From: Candidatus Binatia bacterium | GTDB taxonomy: Bacteria > Desulfobacterota > Binatia > UBA9968 > CAXXLF01 | Assembly: GCA_963664015.2 (NCBI GenBank) | Contig: CAXXLF010000002.1 | Coordinates: 480,001-544,000 of the forward strand | Length of the DNA: 64,000 bases | Reading direction: 5' to 3' | In this document: piece after piece, positions 20,305 through 33,066 of the stretch | Numbering within the stretch: position 1 is the stretch's first letter | Layout: every line of letters begins with the position of its first letter | Position numbers and translations under genes: made by a program | The notes under the pieces: model-generated | The model's input: the letters and a program-made list of their open reading frames with translations, nothing else | Told to the model about the DNA's origin: nothing | Databases searched by the model: none

Positions 20305-21165
20305 ATGAAGGCTAATAAAAACGAAAAAACACTACCTAATGTCGTCATGCCCGCGTGCGGCATCGAAAAGATACTGAAGGGTCAAAAGGCCCTCATAACC
20401 GGAGCCAACTCGGGTTTAGGTAAAGGGATCGCCCAGGCCTTGGGAGAGGCAGGAGCAGACGTGGTGGTCAACTACTTTTCTGGTGAGGGAGCCGCCGAGG
20501 AGGTGGTGACCGAAATTAAAGATCACGGCAGCAAAGCATTTGCACACAAGGCCGACGTTTCCAAGGAAGATCAGGTTCAGGCCATGTTCCAGCGCATGTT
20601 AAAGGAGTTTGGTACCGTCGACATTCTCATTAACAATGCAGGTCTCCAAATCGATGCCCCCTTCGACGAGTTGACCCTGGAACAGTGGAATGGCGTCATC
20701 AATGTCAACCTGACAGGACAATTCCTTTGTGCACGAGAAGCCGTCAGAGAGTTCAAGCGCCGGGGCATTGTCCAAACCGTCTCCTGTTCTGCGGGAAAGA
20801 TTATTTGCATCAGTTCGGTTCATGAGATCATCCCATGGGCAGGTCATGTAAACTACGCGGCTTCCAAGGGCGGCGTGATGCTCATGATGAAGAGTATTGC
20901 GCAGGAGGTAGCTCCCCACCGTATCCGAGTCAACAGCATCTCGCCGGGGGCTATTCGTACGCCGATCAATACTGCCGCCTGGAGCACCCCGGAGGCATAC
21001 AACGACCTGATGAAGCTGGTCCCCTACAAACGAATCGGTGAAGCGGTGGACATCGGACGTGCGGCCGTTTGGCTCGCTTCCGACCACGCCGATTACATAA
21101 CGGGAATTAGCCTTTTTGTCGACGGAGGAATGACGCTCTATCCAGGATTTGCGGAGGGAGGTTGA
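20305..21165 (+). CDS. Glucose 1-dehydrogenase-type SDR
   Basis: TGANSGLG, NNAG, SSVHEIIPW..NYAASKGG, DGGMTLYP. Confidence 0.9.
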   Translation: MKANKNEKTLPNVVMPACGIEKILKGQKALITGANSGLGKGIAQALGEAGADVVVNYFSGEGAAEEVVTEIKDHGSKAFAHKADVSKEDQVQAMFQRMLKEFGTVDILINNAGLQIDAPFDELTLEQWNGVINVNLTGQFLCAREAVREFKRRGIVQTVSCSAGKIICISSVHEIIPWAGHVNYAASKGGVMLMMKSIAQEVAPHRIRVNSISPGAIRTPINTAAWSTPEAYNDLMKLVPYKRIGEAVDIGRAAVWLASDHADYITGISLFVDGGMTLYPGFAEGG

Positions 21166-21369
21166 TTTTGTAAATCAAGCGAGGACTCCGAGGAAAATAG
21201 TACTCAAAACACCTGATTCTAGGGCTACGGCTGGTCGCCATAATATCCTCTTCCCCAATCAAGAATTTAGTGGCTTGAACCCACAGAAACTTGTATACTG
21301 GACCTGTAAATCCGTGGGCATAGGAGCCTTCACGGTTGGAATCAATCTACACTGGAAAGGCAGCCGGCT

Positions 21370-23190
<1,821 letters not shown>

Positions 23191-23194
23191 TCCT

Positions 23195-24169
23195 ATGAAC
23201 GCCTCAAGGATCACCCTGAACCGGGGAGTCTTTAAGGGGTGGAAAACCTGGCATATACGTCGCGACCCACTGGAGCTTGTGTTACTACCCGAGGTTGGGG
23301 GCCGGATCATGGGAATGCTCTGGCACGGTCACGACCTCTACTTTACCAACCCCGCCCGCGAGGGACGGATAGAAAATGTTGCTGCCGTTTCCGATCTTCA
23401 CGCAAAGAAACGCGCAATGGGGTTCCCCCTCTGGGGTGGCGATAAGACATGGTTGGCACCTCAGACCCGTTGGACCGACGCGGTCCCCTTTCTCGATCTC
23501 GATAGCGGATCCTACGAGCTATCCGTCGATGACGAGACGGCCTCAAAGGTCTGTCTCAGTATGACCAGTCCCCTCTGCCGCGAGACCGGTACCCGCCTTA
23601 CTCGAACCATCACCCTATCGTCGGACCACGAAGATTGGACCGTAAAGCATCGCCTGACCAATGCCTCGGGTTCGGATATTTGCTGGGCCCTCTGGGACGT
23701 CACCATGGTACGGAAACCAGGCATTGTCTACCTACCACGGTGTAAGACCTCTCAATTTGACGGCGGGGTCAAGACATTTGTCGAGGAAGGCGAATCGAAA
23801 AGTGTCCGGGCCGCCGTGCTCAAAGAAATGGGCAACCTCGCCGCCATCCATTGCCAAGGTGGTCAGGCCTTCAAATTCGGCGTCGACTCGGAAGAAGCAT
23901 GGATACTAAGCGTTATCGACATCGCTGGCCCTGGGCTGGTGGGTTATCGTAAACAAGTCCCGGTTTTTCGGAATGAGGAGTACGGTCATGGTTGCACGTC
24001 CGAGGTGTACAACTCGGACCGCTTTCCCTATTTTGAGATGGAAATCCATGGGCCCTTGGTTCAGTTAAAACCGGGACAGAGTTTCGAACTAGAAGAACGC
24101 CAGGTGTTATTCGATATAACCCAACGGCCCGCCACCGAAGAAGAGTTGCGCCAAATGATTCCCGTATAG
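23195..24169 (+). CDS. DUF4380-like (galactose-mutarotase-like fold) protein
   Basis: PEVGGRI, GGDKTWLAPQ, YFEMEIHGP..L.PG. Confidence 0.7.
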   Translation: MNASRITLNRGVFKGWKTWHIRRDPLELVLLPEVGGRIMGMLWHGHDLYFTNPAREGRIENVAAVSDLHAKKRAMGFPLWGGDKTWLAPQTRWTDAVPFLDLDSGSYELSVDDETASKVCLSMTSPLCRETGTRLTRTITLSSDHEDWTVKHRLTNASGSDICWALWDVTMVRKPGIVYLPRCKTSQFDGGVKTFVEEGESKSVRAAVLKEMGNLAAIHCQGGQAFKFGVDSEEAWILSVIDIAGPGLVGYRKQVPVFRNEEYGHGCTSEVYNSDRFPYFEMEIHGPLVQLKPGQSFELEERQVLFDITQRPATEEELRQMIPV

Positions 24170-24199
24170 TGATCCAGGGACCAGAGGATCCATCCAATT

Positions 24200-24375
24200 C
24201 AATGGCGCAACACGACTCTCGAAGAGGCTGAAGACCGTGGCCACCACGAACTGCTCAACTGATTCTGTCTGGCGGGAGCTATGGCCGAGCTCAACGGAAG
24301 CCCACCGACGCCGTATTCATGGAATCGTGGATTTCAAACTCCAATAAGGCTTTTTTTATTTTTGAGCCCAAATGA
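24200..24375 (+). pseudogene. C-terminal remnant of a LigB-like extradiol dioxygenase
   Basis: WRNTTLEEAEDRGHHELLN*FCLAGAMAEL then frameshift to FMESWISNSNKAF. Confidence 0.5.
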
Positions 24376-24402
24376 TAGTGCTCGGTTTGGAATAGGAGAA
24401 TA

Positions 24403-25110
24403 GTGATGGCTAATCAGGACGTCGCACTCATTGTAGGTTCGGGACCAGGGCTAAGTGCCTCCATTGCCCGCCTGTTTGCTAAAGAAGGCATGCGGGTCGC
24501 CATGGCGGCACGCAATACGGACAAGCTGGAAGCGTTGATCGAGGAGGTCAACGGACGGGCCTATCTTTGCGACGCAATCGTCCCAAAAGATGTGGACAGC
24601 CTATTCAGCTCGGTGGCCAACGACATGGGTACTCCGAACATCGTCATTTACAATGCCAGCCGCCGCGCTCGCGGCCCCGTCACGGAGCTTGATCCTGAAG
24701 AGGTTCGGAACGCCATTCTGGTTACTTGCTACGGGGGCTTTCTCGTTGCGCGAGCAGCCGCCAAGCAGATGATTCCGGCAGGGCGAGGCACCATCCTGTT
24801 CACTGGGGCGTCGGCCGGGATCAAAGGATTTGCCAATTCTTCTTGCTATGCCATGGGAAAGTTTGGTCTGAGCGGGCTCGCCCAGAGCCTGGCCCGGGAG
24901 CTTCAACCCCAGAATATCCATGTCGCCCAGGTCGTTATCGATGGCGGAATTCTCAATGCCAAACGCGAACCAGAGCGGATCAAGACGAAAGGTCCCGATG
25001 GCATGCTACACCCCGACGCCATCGCTCAAACCTATCTCAACCTGCACCACCAACACCGTAGCGCCTGGGCCTCGTATATCGAGCTCCGGCCCTGGGTTGA
25101 GAAGTTTTAG
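24403..25110 (+). CDS. SDR family oxidoreductase
   Basis: GSGPGL, FTGASA, KFGL.GLAQSLAREL, ELRPWVEKF. Confidence 0.9.
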   Translation: MMANQDVALIVGSGPGLSASIARLFAKEGMRVAMAARNTDKLEALIEEVNGRAYLCDAIVPKDVDSLFSSVANDMGTPNIVIYNASRRARGPVTELDPEEVRNAILVTCYGGFLVARAAAKQMIPAGRGTILFTGASAGIKGFANSSCYAMGKFGLSGLAQSLARELQPQNIHVAQVVIDGGILNAKREPERIKTKGPDGMLHPDAIAQTYLNLHHQHRSAWASYIELRPWVEKF

Positions 25111-25228
25111 ACCTACAGACGCAGGGACGCTGCCCTAACCCTATTGAATTGAACTCATTGCAACGTTATACTTATTAGGCAGCGTTTTAGCCTTCATTTT
25201 CATAAAAAATCCTTGAAAGGGAAAGAGT

Positions 25229-25882
25229 ATGCCACAAGCTCAGCTCGCCTTATTTATATTCGCTTGGTTTTTAACCGTTCCGCTTCTTCATGCGGACGAA
25301 GGCAAACACGGGAACGAGACTCCGTTGTATGGGAAAGTGGTACGGGCTCAAATAACCCCACCAGGAACGCCAGGAGATAAGATCCTCAAGGAAGGCAAAT
25401 TCCCCACCTTTCATCCATTGATAACCCATTTCCCTATCGTCTTGATCATTGCCGCGATGCCCTTTTATGCCTGGGGAGCGGCCCGTAGGCGAATCGTGTT
25501 CCGACGCTCTGGCATGATTCTCGCCGCATTCGGTTTCTTGGGGGCTCTTCTGGCGGGCTACGTTTTTCATCCTCATACGGAAGGGCTGAGCCCTGCAGCC
25601 CAAGAGGCCCTGTGGAACCATAACTTCTATGCAAGCATGACCCTATACGTGACCGCGATTGCCATTGGCATAGGTGTCCTTACCTGTATGCAACGATTTC
25701 AGGGGTTGAGCTTGCAGGCTACGGCTTCGATATTCTTGCTGTTATCGGTTTTGACGGTTAGCATCACGGGACACTATGGGGCAACACTGGTTCATATATA
25801 CGGGGTAGGCCCCAAGGGAGATTTTCTCTCAAAAGAGCATATTGGAATCCATATCCCCATTTTCGACATAACTCTTCGATGA
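25229..25882 (+). CDS. DUF2231-like His-containing membrane protein
   Basis: HPLITHFPI..H..TGHYGATLV..YGVG. Confidence 0.75.
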   Translation: MPQAQLALFIFAWFLTVPLLHADEGKHGNETPLYGKVVRAQITPPGTPGDKILKEGKFPTFHPLITHFPIVLIIAAMPFYAWGAARRRIVFRRSGMILAAFGFLGALLAGYVFHPHTEGLSPAAQEALWNHNFYASMTLYVTAIAIGIGVLTCMQRFQGLSLQATASIFLLLSVLTVSITGHYGATLVHIYGVGPKGDFLSKEHIGIHIPIFDITLR

Positions 25883-25903
25883 AATCCTGGGAGGAGACTG
25901 GCT

Positions 25904-26380
25904 ATGAAGATTAAAGGTAAGAAGTTAAGGCTGTTATGGTTTTTTGGGGTCCCTTTAGTCGTTGCGATTACAGCCATCGTCGTATACTCCCAACCGGCCC
26001 CGGCAAACCCCACCATCACGGTCTACAAGAGCCCGACCTGAGGGTGCTGCTCCAGCTGGGTGGGTCACCTGGAAGCAAACGGTTTCAGCGTTAATAAGAA
26101 AAATGTTACGGGGGCGGCCCTCATAGCAGTCAAGCGAGAACAAGGAGTGCCCTCAACCCTCCGTTCCTGCCATACGGCAGTGGTGCAAGGCTATGTGATA
26201 GAAGGCCACGTACCAGCCGACGTTATCAAACGCCTGCTGACCGATAGGCCGCCCCATCGGGGCCTAGGCGTGCCTGGAATGCCCGTCGGTTCACCAGGGA
26301 TGGAGGGCCCCAACCCCCAGCCTTACGATATCTTCGCCTTCGACCATAAGGGAGGGATGGAAGTCTATGCCAACCGATAG
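25904..26380 (+). CDS. DUF411/CopG-like periplasmic metal-binding protein, probable selenoprotein (Sec46)
   Basis: GAGGAG RBS, signal peptide, VYKSPT-TGA-GCCSSWVGHL in frame with SCHTA..IEGHVPA..PGMPVGSPGME. Confidence 0.8.
26049..26076 (+). promoter_or_regulatory. Candidate bacterial SECIS hairpin
   Basis: TCCA(gctg)GGTG-ggt-CACC TGGA; GGTC lies 22-25 nt after the TGA. Confidence 0.55.
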
Positions 26381-26600
26381 GGATCGGACTATTGTTCCAA
26401 CTCGTTTTTAATCGACCGCAGGATTACCCCCAAACAAAATTCCTCAACCGCCCTGCCATGGGGCTGGTTTCAGCTATTGATCCAAAACTACAGACAGTCC
26501 GGATTGCGAAGCCACCTCCCCATAAAACACATGGGATAACAAGGGGTTACTTACCGAACTTCTCTACTAAGGCTGCGTACCAATTGGGGGTGGTTCGCTT

Positions 26601-27643
26601 TCACTCCCGCCATATCAATGCCTCCGCGAGGTTGCGAAAATTTAAGGCCGCACTGCGGCTGAGGGTTATGGTTTGGATTCTCGCTTCATTCAAGCTCGAT
26701 GTGACCTGGCCCTTGATTCGGCGCGCATCGCTTTTGATCCTATCCTCGAATGACCGGCCAAGTTCGCTAAAAGCCCTTCGATCGCCTTGGCTCAACTTTA
26801 ACCATTCTGAGAGATTACATAGAATAAAGATGGCGCCACGAAGCACAGGCGGACCCATCCGATATCGGTAGCTAACCGTCCCCACTCGGCCGGTAGGTCC
26901 GTTCCAAGGAACAGTCTGCCATCGATACTCCCCCGTTCCACACCCGAGGGAGCGACCTGTTCCGAGATACCGACCTCGGTGGCACCAAATTGGCGAAACA
27001 AATGATCCGGTAAATTATGGCCCGAGAGATCGGGACCTTTCGTTCCCAAACGAATCTTGCGTTTGCTAAAGAGCCAGTGTCCGAAGTCGGCCATTGCCCA
27101 CGCGAGCAGATGCACTCCAGCCTTGCGATGAAGCCGTTCATTGAGAAAGTCCAATCCGCCGTTACCACGGATCTCCTGGGGAGACCGTCCGGAGACACTC
27201 AAGACCTTCAGTTCGGGTACGTATTTGGGACCCAGGAGATAACTGGGATCACTGAAAAGGATCGGAATATTCCCGTATTTCATTTTTGTAACCCCACTGG
27301 TCTTGCTTACCCTGCAATCGTATTCCTTTCGATCGTAAATGAGCCACTTGGGATATTCCATCTTTTTTCGACCCCGGGTTACATAACTTCTCTCATAGAC
27401 ATACTCCAGGCCAATGGAGCCGTTACTGACTTCCACCGCCCTTTGAACAAAACGTGTTAGAAATAGTTTCTGTATTGTCGACGTGGGAGAAAAGGTTGAG
27501 AGAACCTCGACGGTCCGTTCCGCTTGCCGTGGTGCAGCTATCTGCTGCCGACTTCCCGTTAGAACACCGAGATCGCCACTGCCGCATGATGCCACGAAAA
27601 CCACCATCGCAACAGTAACAATTGCCGTGGCAATGGAACGCAA
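26601..27643 (-). pseudogene. Degenerate TRAP DctP-like substrate-binding lipoprotein
   Basis: Lipobox VASC, F+..V...SNG.I, F..FGA..V.I...V..G+ERG.IDG; frameshift near 26880. Confidence 0.5.
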
Positions 27644-27753
27644 TTTAAAGAACTGATTTTCATCAAATCATGGTAAAGATCAAGCCAGGCGTATAATTCA
27701 CCCTTTACTTCTTTGGTAAATTTTATAGAATAGATGGGGCTAGGGGAAAAGTT

Positions 27754-28305
27754 ATGCTTCACACCTATGGCGGCAATGTAATCAAGGTCCGGAATTCGAT
27801 ATCAATGGTAGGACCATTAAGCAGTAAGGCCCGTATCACCTTTGGGATCGGGATCGCTCTGATTCTCTGCGTTTCTCTAGTCGGCATCCCGACCACGCAC
27901 AGCGCCCAAGAAATGGTGCGCGTCAAGGTCAAATCGGCCAACCTGCGTACCGGTCCGGGCAAAAACTTCAAGAAAGTTTCGGAGGTCCCGCGCAACTATC
28001 CCTACCAGGTGATTACCCGCAAGGGTCGCTGGCTAAAGGTAAAGGATTTTGAAAGCTTCGAGGACTGGATTTATGGTCCGCTTACGGACCGAGCACCAGC
28101 AGCCGTGATCAAGGTAAAAAGGGCCAACGTCCGCAGCGGCCCGGGGACCCAGAATCCAGTTTTTTTACCGCGGACAAGGGCGTTGCCTTTCAAGTCCTCG
28201 AAAAGAAGGGAGACTGGATCAAAGTACGAGCCAACGACCAAGACGAGGGTTGGATCATTAAAAATTTACTCTGGGGCTTTTTCAAAGATCCTAAGGGAAT
28301 CGTAA
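27754..28305 (+). pseudogene. Tandem bacterial SH3-domain protein, frameshifted at T7 run (28160-28166)
   Basis: ANLRTGPG..YPYQV..WLKVKD and ANVRSGPG; alternate frame continues KGDWIKV..EGWI..LLWG. Confidence 0.75.
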
Positions 28306-28342
28306 GGAAAAAGGAAAGAAGACCAACGGCGAAAAAAGCAGA

Positions 28343-28435
28343 TCAACCAATTAAGAAGAGGGACAAGGCCGGCCAATAGGTAATGATGAGGACAGCCACC
28401 AACAGGATAACGAAAAAGGGAAAGGTCGCTCGGTA
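28343..28435 (-). pseudogene. C-terminal remnant of TRAP DctM permease
   Basis: RATFPFFVILLVAVLIITYWPALSLFL resembles the DctM C-terminus. Confidence 0.5.
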
Positions 28436-28746
28436 CAACAAGATCGCGCAAACCAAATTTGCGCCATTACGCTATCACTCCGTACTGCTGCGTCTATCTA
28501 GCATTCAAGTCAAATCGATTATCTACCCATCTATCTTGCTATCTTGGACCCGTAACCCTTGGGTCCCTGCAGCCTTTCCTGCAGTCGGTGGTAACCACGT
28601 CGCCGATTGTAATAAAGCCAGTTGACAATTCGACTCCTTTTCGAATATTCTCCCCTTCCGTAGGTTTTATATTTCCCTTAATTTAAGGAGAAGGGATACT
28701 CGACGTAGCCTTGCAGGCAAACCGGTAGAGTGTCCTCACCCATATC

Positions 28747-29280
28747 ATGAGTGAAAAAACGAGTAAGGGCATCACTTTGATTCGTCATCATGCCGCCATC
28801 GTAGAGGCTGCAGCCGCTCGAATCTTCCCCACTACATCCACACCGGGAGCGACCGAGGCCGGTGTAACCAACTACGTGAGTCGCCTGCTCACCGAGGCAT
28901 ACCCGAGCCTTGCAGGTTTGTATCGGAACGGGTGCCGCGCATTCGACCGCCATGCCAAGCGCCGGTTCGGTTTAGGTTTCTTACGGATCCCCGAGTCCAA
29001 CCAGGATGCGGTTCTTACAGACTTTGAGGCCGGGCAAGTGCCGGACTTCAAGCAGGCATCCGAATTCTTTGAAACGCTGCGCAGCCATACCATGGAAGGC
29101 ATCCTGGGCGAGCCTGCCTACGGTGGCAACCGTGACATGATAGGTTGGAAGCTTGTCGGCTTTCCGGGCCATCAATTTGGCTACTCGGATTCGTACATCA
29201 ACCGGCCCGTGGACCTGGAGCCTGTCGCCGTTGACAGGCCTTACCCCAAAGAGGAGGATTGGCGTGGCAAATCCCGTTGA
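28747..29280 (+). CDS. Gluconate 2-dehydrogenase subunit 3 family
   Basis: PGA.EAGV..Y, HTMEG...P.YGGNRD..GWKLVGFPG. Confidence 0.88.
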   Translation: MSEKTSKGITLIRHHAAIVEAAAARIFPTTSTPGATEAGVTNYVSRLLTEAYPSLAGLYRNGCRAFDRHAKRRFGLGFLRIPESNQDAVLTDFEAGQVPDFKQASEFFETLRSHTMEGILGEPAYGGNRDMIGWKLVGFPGHQFGYSDSYINRPVDLEPVAVDRPYPKEEDWRGKSR

Positions 29281-30946
29281 CGTTTGTATCGTAGGCATGG
29301 GTGCCGTCGGTGGCATCATGGCAAAAGAGCTCGCTACCGCAGGCCTCAAAGTGGTCGGACTTGAACGGGGTCCAATGCTGGAGTTTGAAAACTATGCTTA
29401 CAAGGATTCCATCCGGGCAATTTCCAGGCGCGATCTCGAAGAACGGGTTAAGCACGAGCCCATCAGTATCCGCCCCAAGAAGGGCACCAAGACACGACTT
29501 CAATACACCACCTCACCCAGCAATAACGTCGGCGGTGGACTGATGATCTGGACCGGTAGCGCTACCCGATTTCTACCGGATGACTTCAAAGTTTATACAA
29601 ATGATGTACAAAGCGGCAATGCCAAAAGGGCTGGTGCCGACCTAAAGGGTTACAACATTGCCGACTGGCCCATCACCTATGACGACCTCGAACCCTATTA
29701 TGAACGTTTTGAATGGGAAATGGGTGTATCCGGGAAGGCCGAATCCAATCCCTTCGCAGGACCACGCAAAAAGGGCTATCCCCTACCACCGCTACGACCA
29801 AGCACTCGTACGAAACTATTTGGCGAGGCCACCTTGCGTCTCGGCTACCATGCCTACGAGACCCCCCAGGGCATTCTGTCCCAGGCTTACAAACCGCCCG
29901 AGCCGTACGACCAACGGATCCCCGAGCGCCGTGGTTGTGTTTATTGCGGTCAGTGCAACAACTACGGTTGCCATGTCCAGGCCAAGACCTCCTCACCCTT
30001 CACGGTTATCCCGGCGGCCCTCGAGACAGGGAACCTGGACTTGCGCACCCGTTGCAAGGTCTTTCGCGTTAACACGGGCCATGACGGGCGGACCAATGGG
30101 GTCTCCTATTTTGACCCAGACGGAAAAATCGTTGAGCAGTCCGCCAAAGTGGTCATTCTCGGCGGCTTTCTCTACGAAAACATTCGCCTTCTGCTGCTCT
30201 CCGGAGAGGGAAAAAAGGGTCTGGCCAACTCCAGCGGACTTGTCGGCCATGCCATTATGGCCCACGGAGACGTCCGCACCACCGGCCTATTCGACGATAC
30301 CATCATCAATGGATTCATCGGCCCCAATGGCGGAATGCGCATGGATGATTTCAACGCCAATAACTTCGATCATACAGGTCTGGGATTCATTCGAGGAGCC
30401 ACTGTCGGGACCAGCGGTGGCGGTACGCCTATCGAACGATGCGACGTTATCCCCCCCGGGTGGCCCCGTTGGGGAGAAAAGTACAAGGAAAATCTAACCC
30501 GCTACTACACCCGTTGCTTTGACATCGGGATGCACCCTGAGACCCTCCCGCACAAAGACAACGTCGTCGATTTAGATCCGCTGCGTAAAGACGAATGGGG
30601 CATTCCCCTACCCAGAGTCACCTTCAGCTTCCATCAGAACGAGCACCAAATGTGGCGTTACATCGGAGAGAAATGCGAAGGAATTATGAGGGAGACCGGG
30701 GCAAGCCATGTTTGGACCAAACCCAGCAAGCGCGGCAGCCGTTGGGCCGGCGGCGTCCGCATGGGCGACGATCCGAAAAAGTCTGTCGTCAATGGATACT
30801 GCCAAGCCCACGACGTGGAGAACCTTTTTGTGGTCGGCTCAGCGGTATTTCCGAGCATGACCGGCTATGCGGCGACTCCCACCGTCAGCGCCCTTGCATA
30901 CCGCGCAGCCGAATATATTAAGTCCAGCGACAAGTTACTCGGCTAG
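29264..30946 (+). CDS. GMC oxidoreductase (gluconate dehydrogenase flavoprotein-like)
   Basis: GTG start after GAGGAGG; [25 protein letters not shown]...GC, RMG.DP..SVVN. Confidence 0.92.
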   Translation: MANPVDVCIVGMGAVGGIMAKELATAGLKVVGLERGPMLEFENYAYKDSIRAISRRDLEERVKHEPISIRPKKGTKTRLQYTTSPSNNVGGGLMIWTGSATRFLPDDFKVYTNDVQSGNAKRAGADLKGYNIADWPITYDDLEPYYERFEWEMGVSGKAESNPFAGPRKKGYPLPPLRPSTRTKLFGEATLRLGYHAYETPQGILSQAYKPPEPYDQRIPERRGCVYCGQCNNYGCHVQAKTSSPFTVIPAALETGNLDLRTRCKVFRVNTGHDGRTNGVSYFDPDGKIVEQSAKVVILGGFLYENIRLLLLSGEGKKGLANSSGLVGHAIMAHGDVRTTGLFDDTIINGFIGPNGGMRMDDFNANNFDHTGLGFIRGATVGTSGGGTPIERCDVIPPGWPRWGEKYKENLTRYYTRCFDIGMHPETLPHKDNVVDLDPLRKDEWGIPLPRVTFSFHQNEHQMWRYIGEKCEGIMRETGASHVWTKPSKRGSRWAGGVRMGDDPKKSVVNGYCQAHDVENLFVVGSAVFPSMTGYAATPTVSALAYRAAEYIKSSDKLLG

Positions 30947-31091
30947 CCGATCCGATATCAAAGCCCTGGCCCATCTCCTTCATCCGGAATGGCAAGTTTG
31001 CGCGTTGAGGGCCTTTGCCGTCTTCGATCACCTTCCAAATAAACTCAAATGCCCTCCGACGAAACGGCAGGGAAAACGGCAATACAAAAAT

Positions 31092-31769
31092 CTAGTTACC
31101 GACATGCCGGGCAAGAAATTCTAACGTGCGCTCCCGGGCAAGCTGTGCCGCGTCCGCTCGATAGTTTTGCCGCTCTTGGTTATCGAAGCCGTGAGGGGCA
31201 CCGGGATAGCTAAAGATCGGCGTACCCGCCTGATCTTTTTTTATCTGATCGAGTGTTTCCCGAGGTATCACCATATCCTCTTCGCCGATATGCATGATCG
31301 CGGGATGCCGGGCGTGGTCATTGGGAAAATGGCTGGTCTCACTGGGGTAATAAGCCACCGCGCCATCAACCTGGCGTCGGCACGCAAACAACCAGGCGGC
31401 TGATCCTCCCCAACAATACCCCACGACCCCAACCTTTTTCGCCCCCGCCGAACGGAGAATATCCCTTGCCACTTCCAAGTCGTCCAGCGCGTTATCCCAA
31501 TCGACCTTACCGGCGATCTTCATACCGCGGTCCCGGCTCTCGAGAGCATAGTCCAGGTTAACGCCGCGCTCGGCACGGTCGAAGAGTGCCGGGGCAATGG
31601 CGGTATAACCGACCTTTGCATAAAAATCACAGATGCCCTCGATGTACGAATTGACCCCGAAAATCTCCTGACAGATGATCACCCCGCCCTTCGGTCTACC
31701 CTCCGGCTCCGCCCTATAGGCGTCCATCTCGAACCCGTCTTTTCCCGTGATTTTTATTCGTTTTTCCAC
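31092..31769 (-). CDS. Dienelactone hydrolase family
   Basis: QEIFGVN, GYCWGG, YPGAPHGF. Confidence 0.93.
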   Translation of the reverse strand: MEKRIKITGKDGFEMDAYRAEPEGRPKGGVIICQEIFGVNSYIEGICDFYAKVGYTAIAPALFDRAERGVNLDYALESRDRGMKIAGKVDWDNALDDLEVARDILRSAGAKKVGVVGYCWGGSAAWLFACRRQVDGAVAYYPSETSHFPNDHARHPAIMHIGEEDMVIPRETLDQIKKDQAGTPIFSYPGAPHGFDNQERQNYRADAAQLARERTLEFLARHVGN

Positions 31770-31792
31770 GATCCCTTACCCTCTTCGATTTG

Positions 31793-31944
31793 ATGAAGCC
31801 TCCACGGGCTTACCCCCGTGGTATCCTTACTATCTTCGGCGAAATCCGCTGAAGCACCCTCCTACGTTCTCCCAGCTTCGGAGGGTTCGTCCATCGCATT
31901 CGTCCATGGGCTTATGCCCATCATCTTCTGCAAAGGAGAATAAA
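31793..31944 (-). mobile_element. IS200/IS605-like palindromic element, copy B
   Basis: ATGAAGCCTCCACGGGCTTACCCCGTGG..TTCGGCGAAATCCGCTGAAGC..CATGGGCTTATGCCCAT..ATAAA. Confidence 0.7.
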
Positions 31945-32039
31945 CGACTTTGCCATAGAACACCATCGTAACCCTTGCCAGCGCCTCATCTGCCATCTAC
32001 CAGAGCCCCTAAAGCCCGGCAGGGGGTTTTGTTCATATA

Positions 32040-32537
32040 CTTCAGGTCCTGATCTCCTCGCGCTTTGATGAGCTGGCGCTCTTCGAATCGGATAAAAGCC
32101 AGGAAGGAACCACTGATCATGACGGCAAACCGGCATGCCTAGCAGGCTGCGCGGGACCGAGAAGTTTGCGAATTCGAAAAAACGAATAACGATAGCAACA
32201 CCGCACAGAGACCCACAAACTGGAGCCAAAAAGGAGAGGTCAGGCCAATGCCCGGCACCGGCCTGTGCAGAACATAGACGGCCAGCCAGGTTACGATAGA
32301 GGTCGAAATATAAATTTGCCGTTCAAAGAGCCTCCCCTGCGGACTTCCAAATAGAACTCGTTTAAAAAAGGGCATGGTCATGAGGATATGGACCATGATA
32401 AAGATTACGTAAAGGATCACATTGAACTTAACATTGCCGGAGGATGCCAGGACATCGAGCCGGGAGCCCATGATGAAAGCCGCAGTAACGGTCATGAGAC
32501 CGAGATGTAAGAACAACCAGTATATCTTCACGAACAT
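32040..32537 (-). pseudogene. Membrane protein (possibly ICMT/NnrU-like), frameshifted and truncated
   Basis: Hydrophobic N-terminal half; frameshift at the A-run near 32180; family call is weak. Confidence 0.45.
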
Positions 32538-32742
32538 GAAACGCCTCCGGGAAAATAGGTTTCCAATTCCCCGACCAATATACCTGTTTTCCGCTAAACT
32601 GTCGAGTCGCTTCACCCGGTCATCGACTGCAAGTTTTTCGCATTTATTTATAAAATGGTCTTTGACAATATATACTGAGCTTTAGTTGACATCCGGGGTC
32701 ACGGCTGCAAATGCTTACAAGAAGAGTAAGAGGTAATAGATA

Positions 32743-33066
32743 ATGCAAAGGACCTCTTGTGTGTTTATTCCGTGCTTTATTGTTATGGGCTGCGCGGCTG
32801 CGACTAGCGATCGGAGCGGCCACGGGCACATCGTCTCCTTGTCCTCACGACCTGGAGTCAAGCATCGAATCTTAATTCTACCCGCGATTAGGACCCCCAA
32901 GGGAAGCGTTCTGCTATTTAAAGGAGGACGAGGTCAAAGCCCATTTATCATAGCGGTCGATACCTATACACTAAGCGGCAATTTTTTGATCCGAAGCGCC
33001 CCCCTATTCACCCGGCGCGGTTTAAACGCCGTAGTTATCGAAACCCAATCTGGACCTTTATGCTAG
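32743..33066 (+). pseudogene. N-terminal fragment of a secreted alpha/beta hydrolase
   Basis: SRPGV..R.L..VLLF.GG.G..GNFLIRS..LF..G; ends at the tctA start. Confidence 0.55.

Noticed and set aside
24260-24262. In-frame TGA in the LigB-like remnant as recoding
   Set aside because: Sits at an expected Trp (ELLNW) in a fragment that lacks its N-terminus; other genes use TGA as a normal stop
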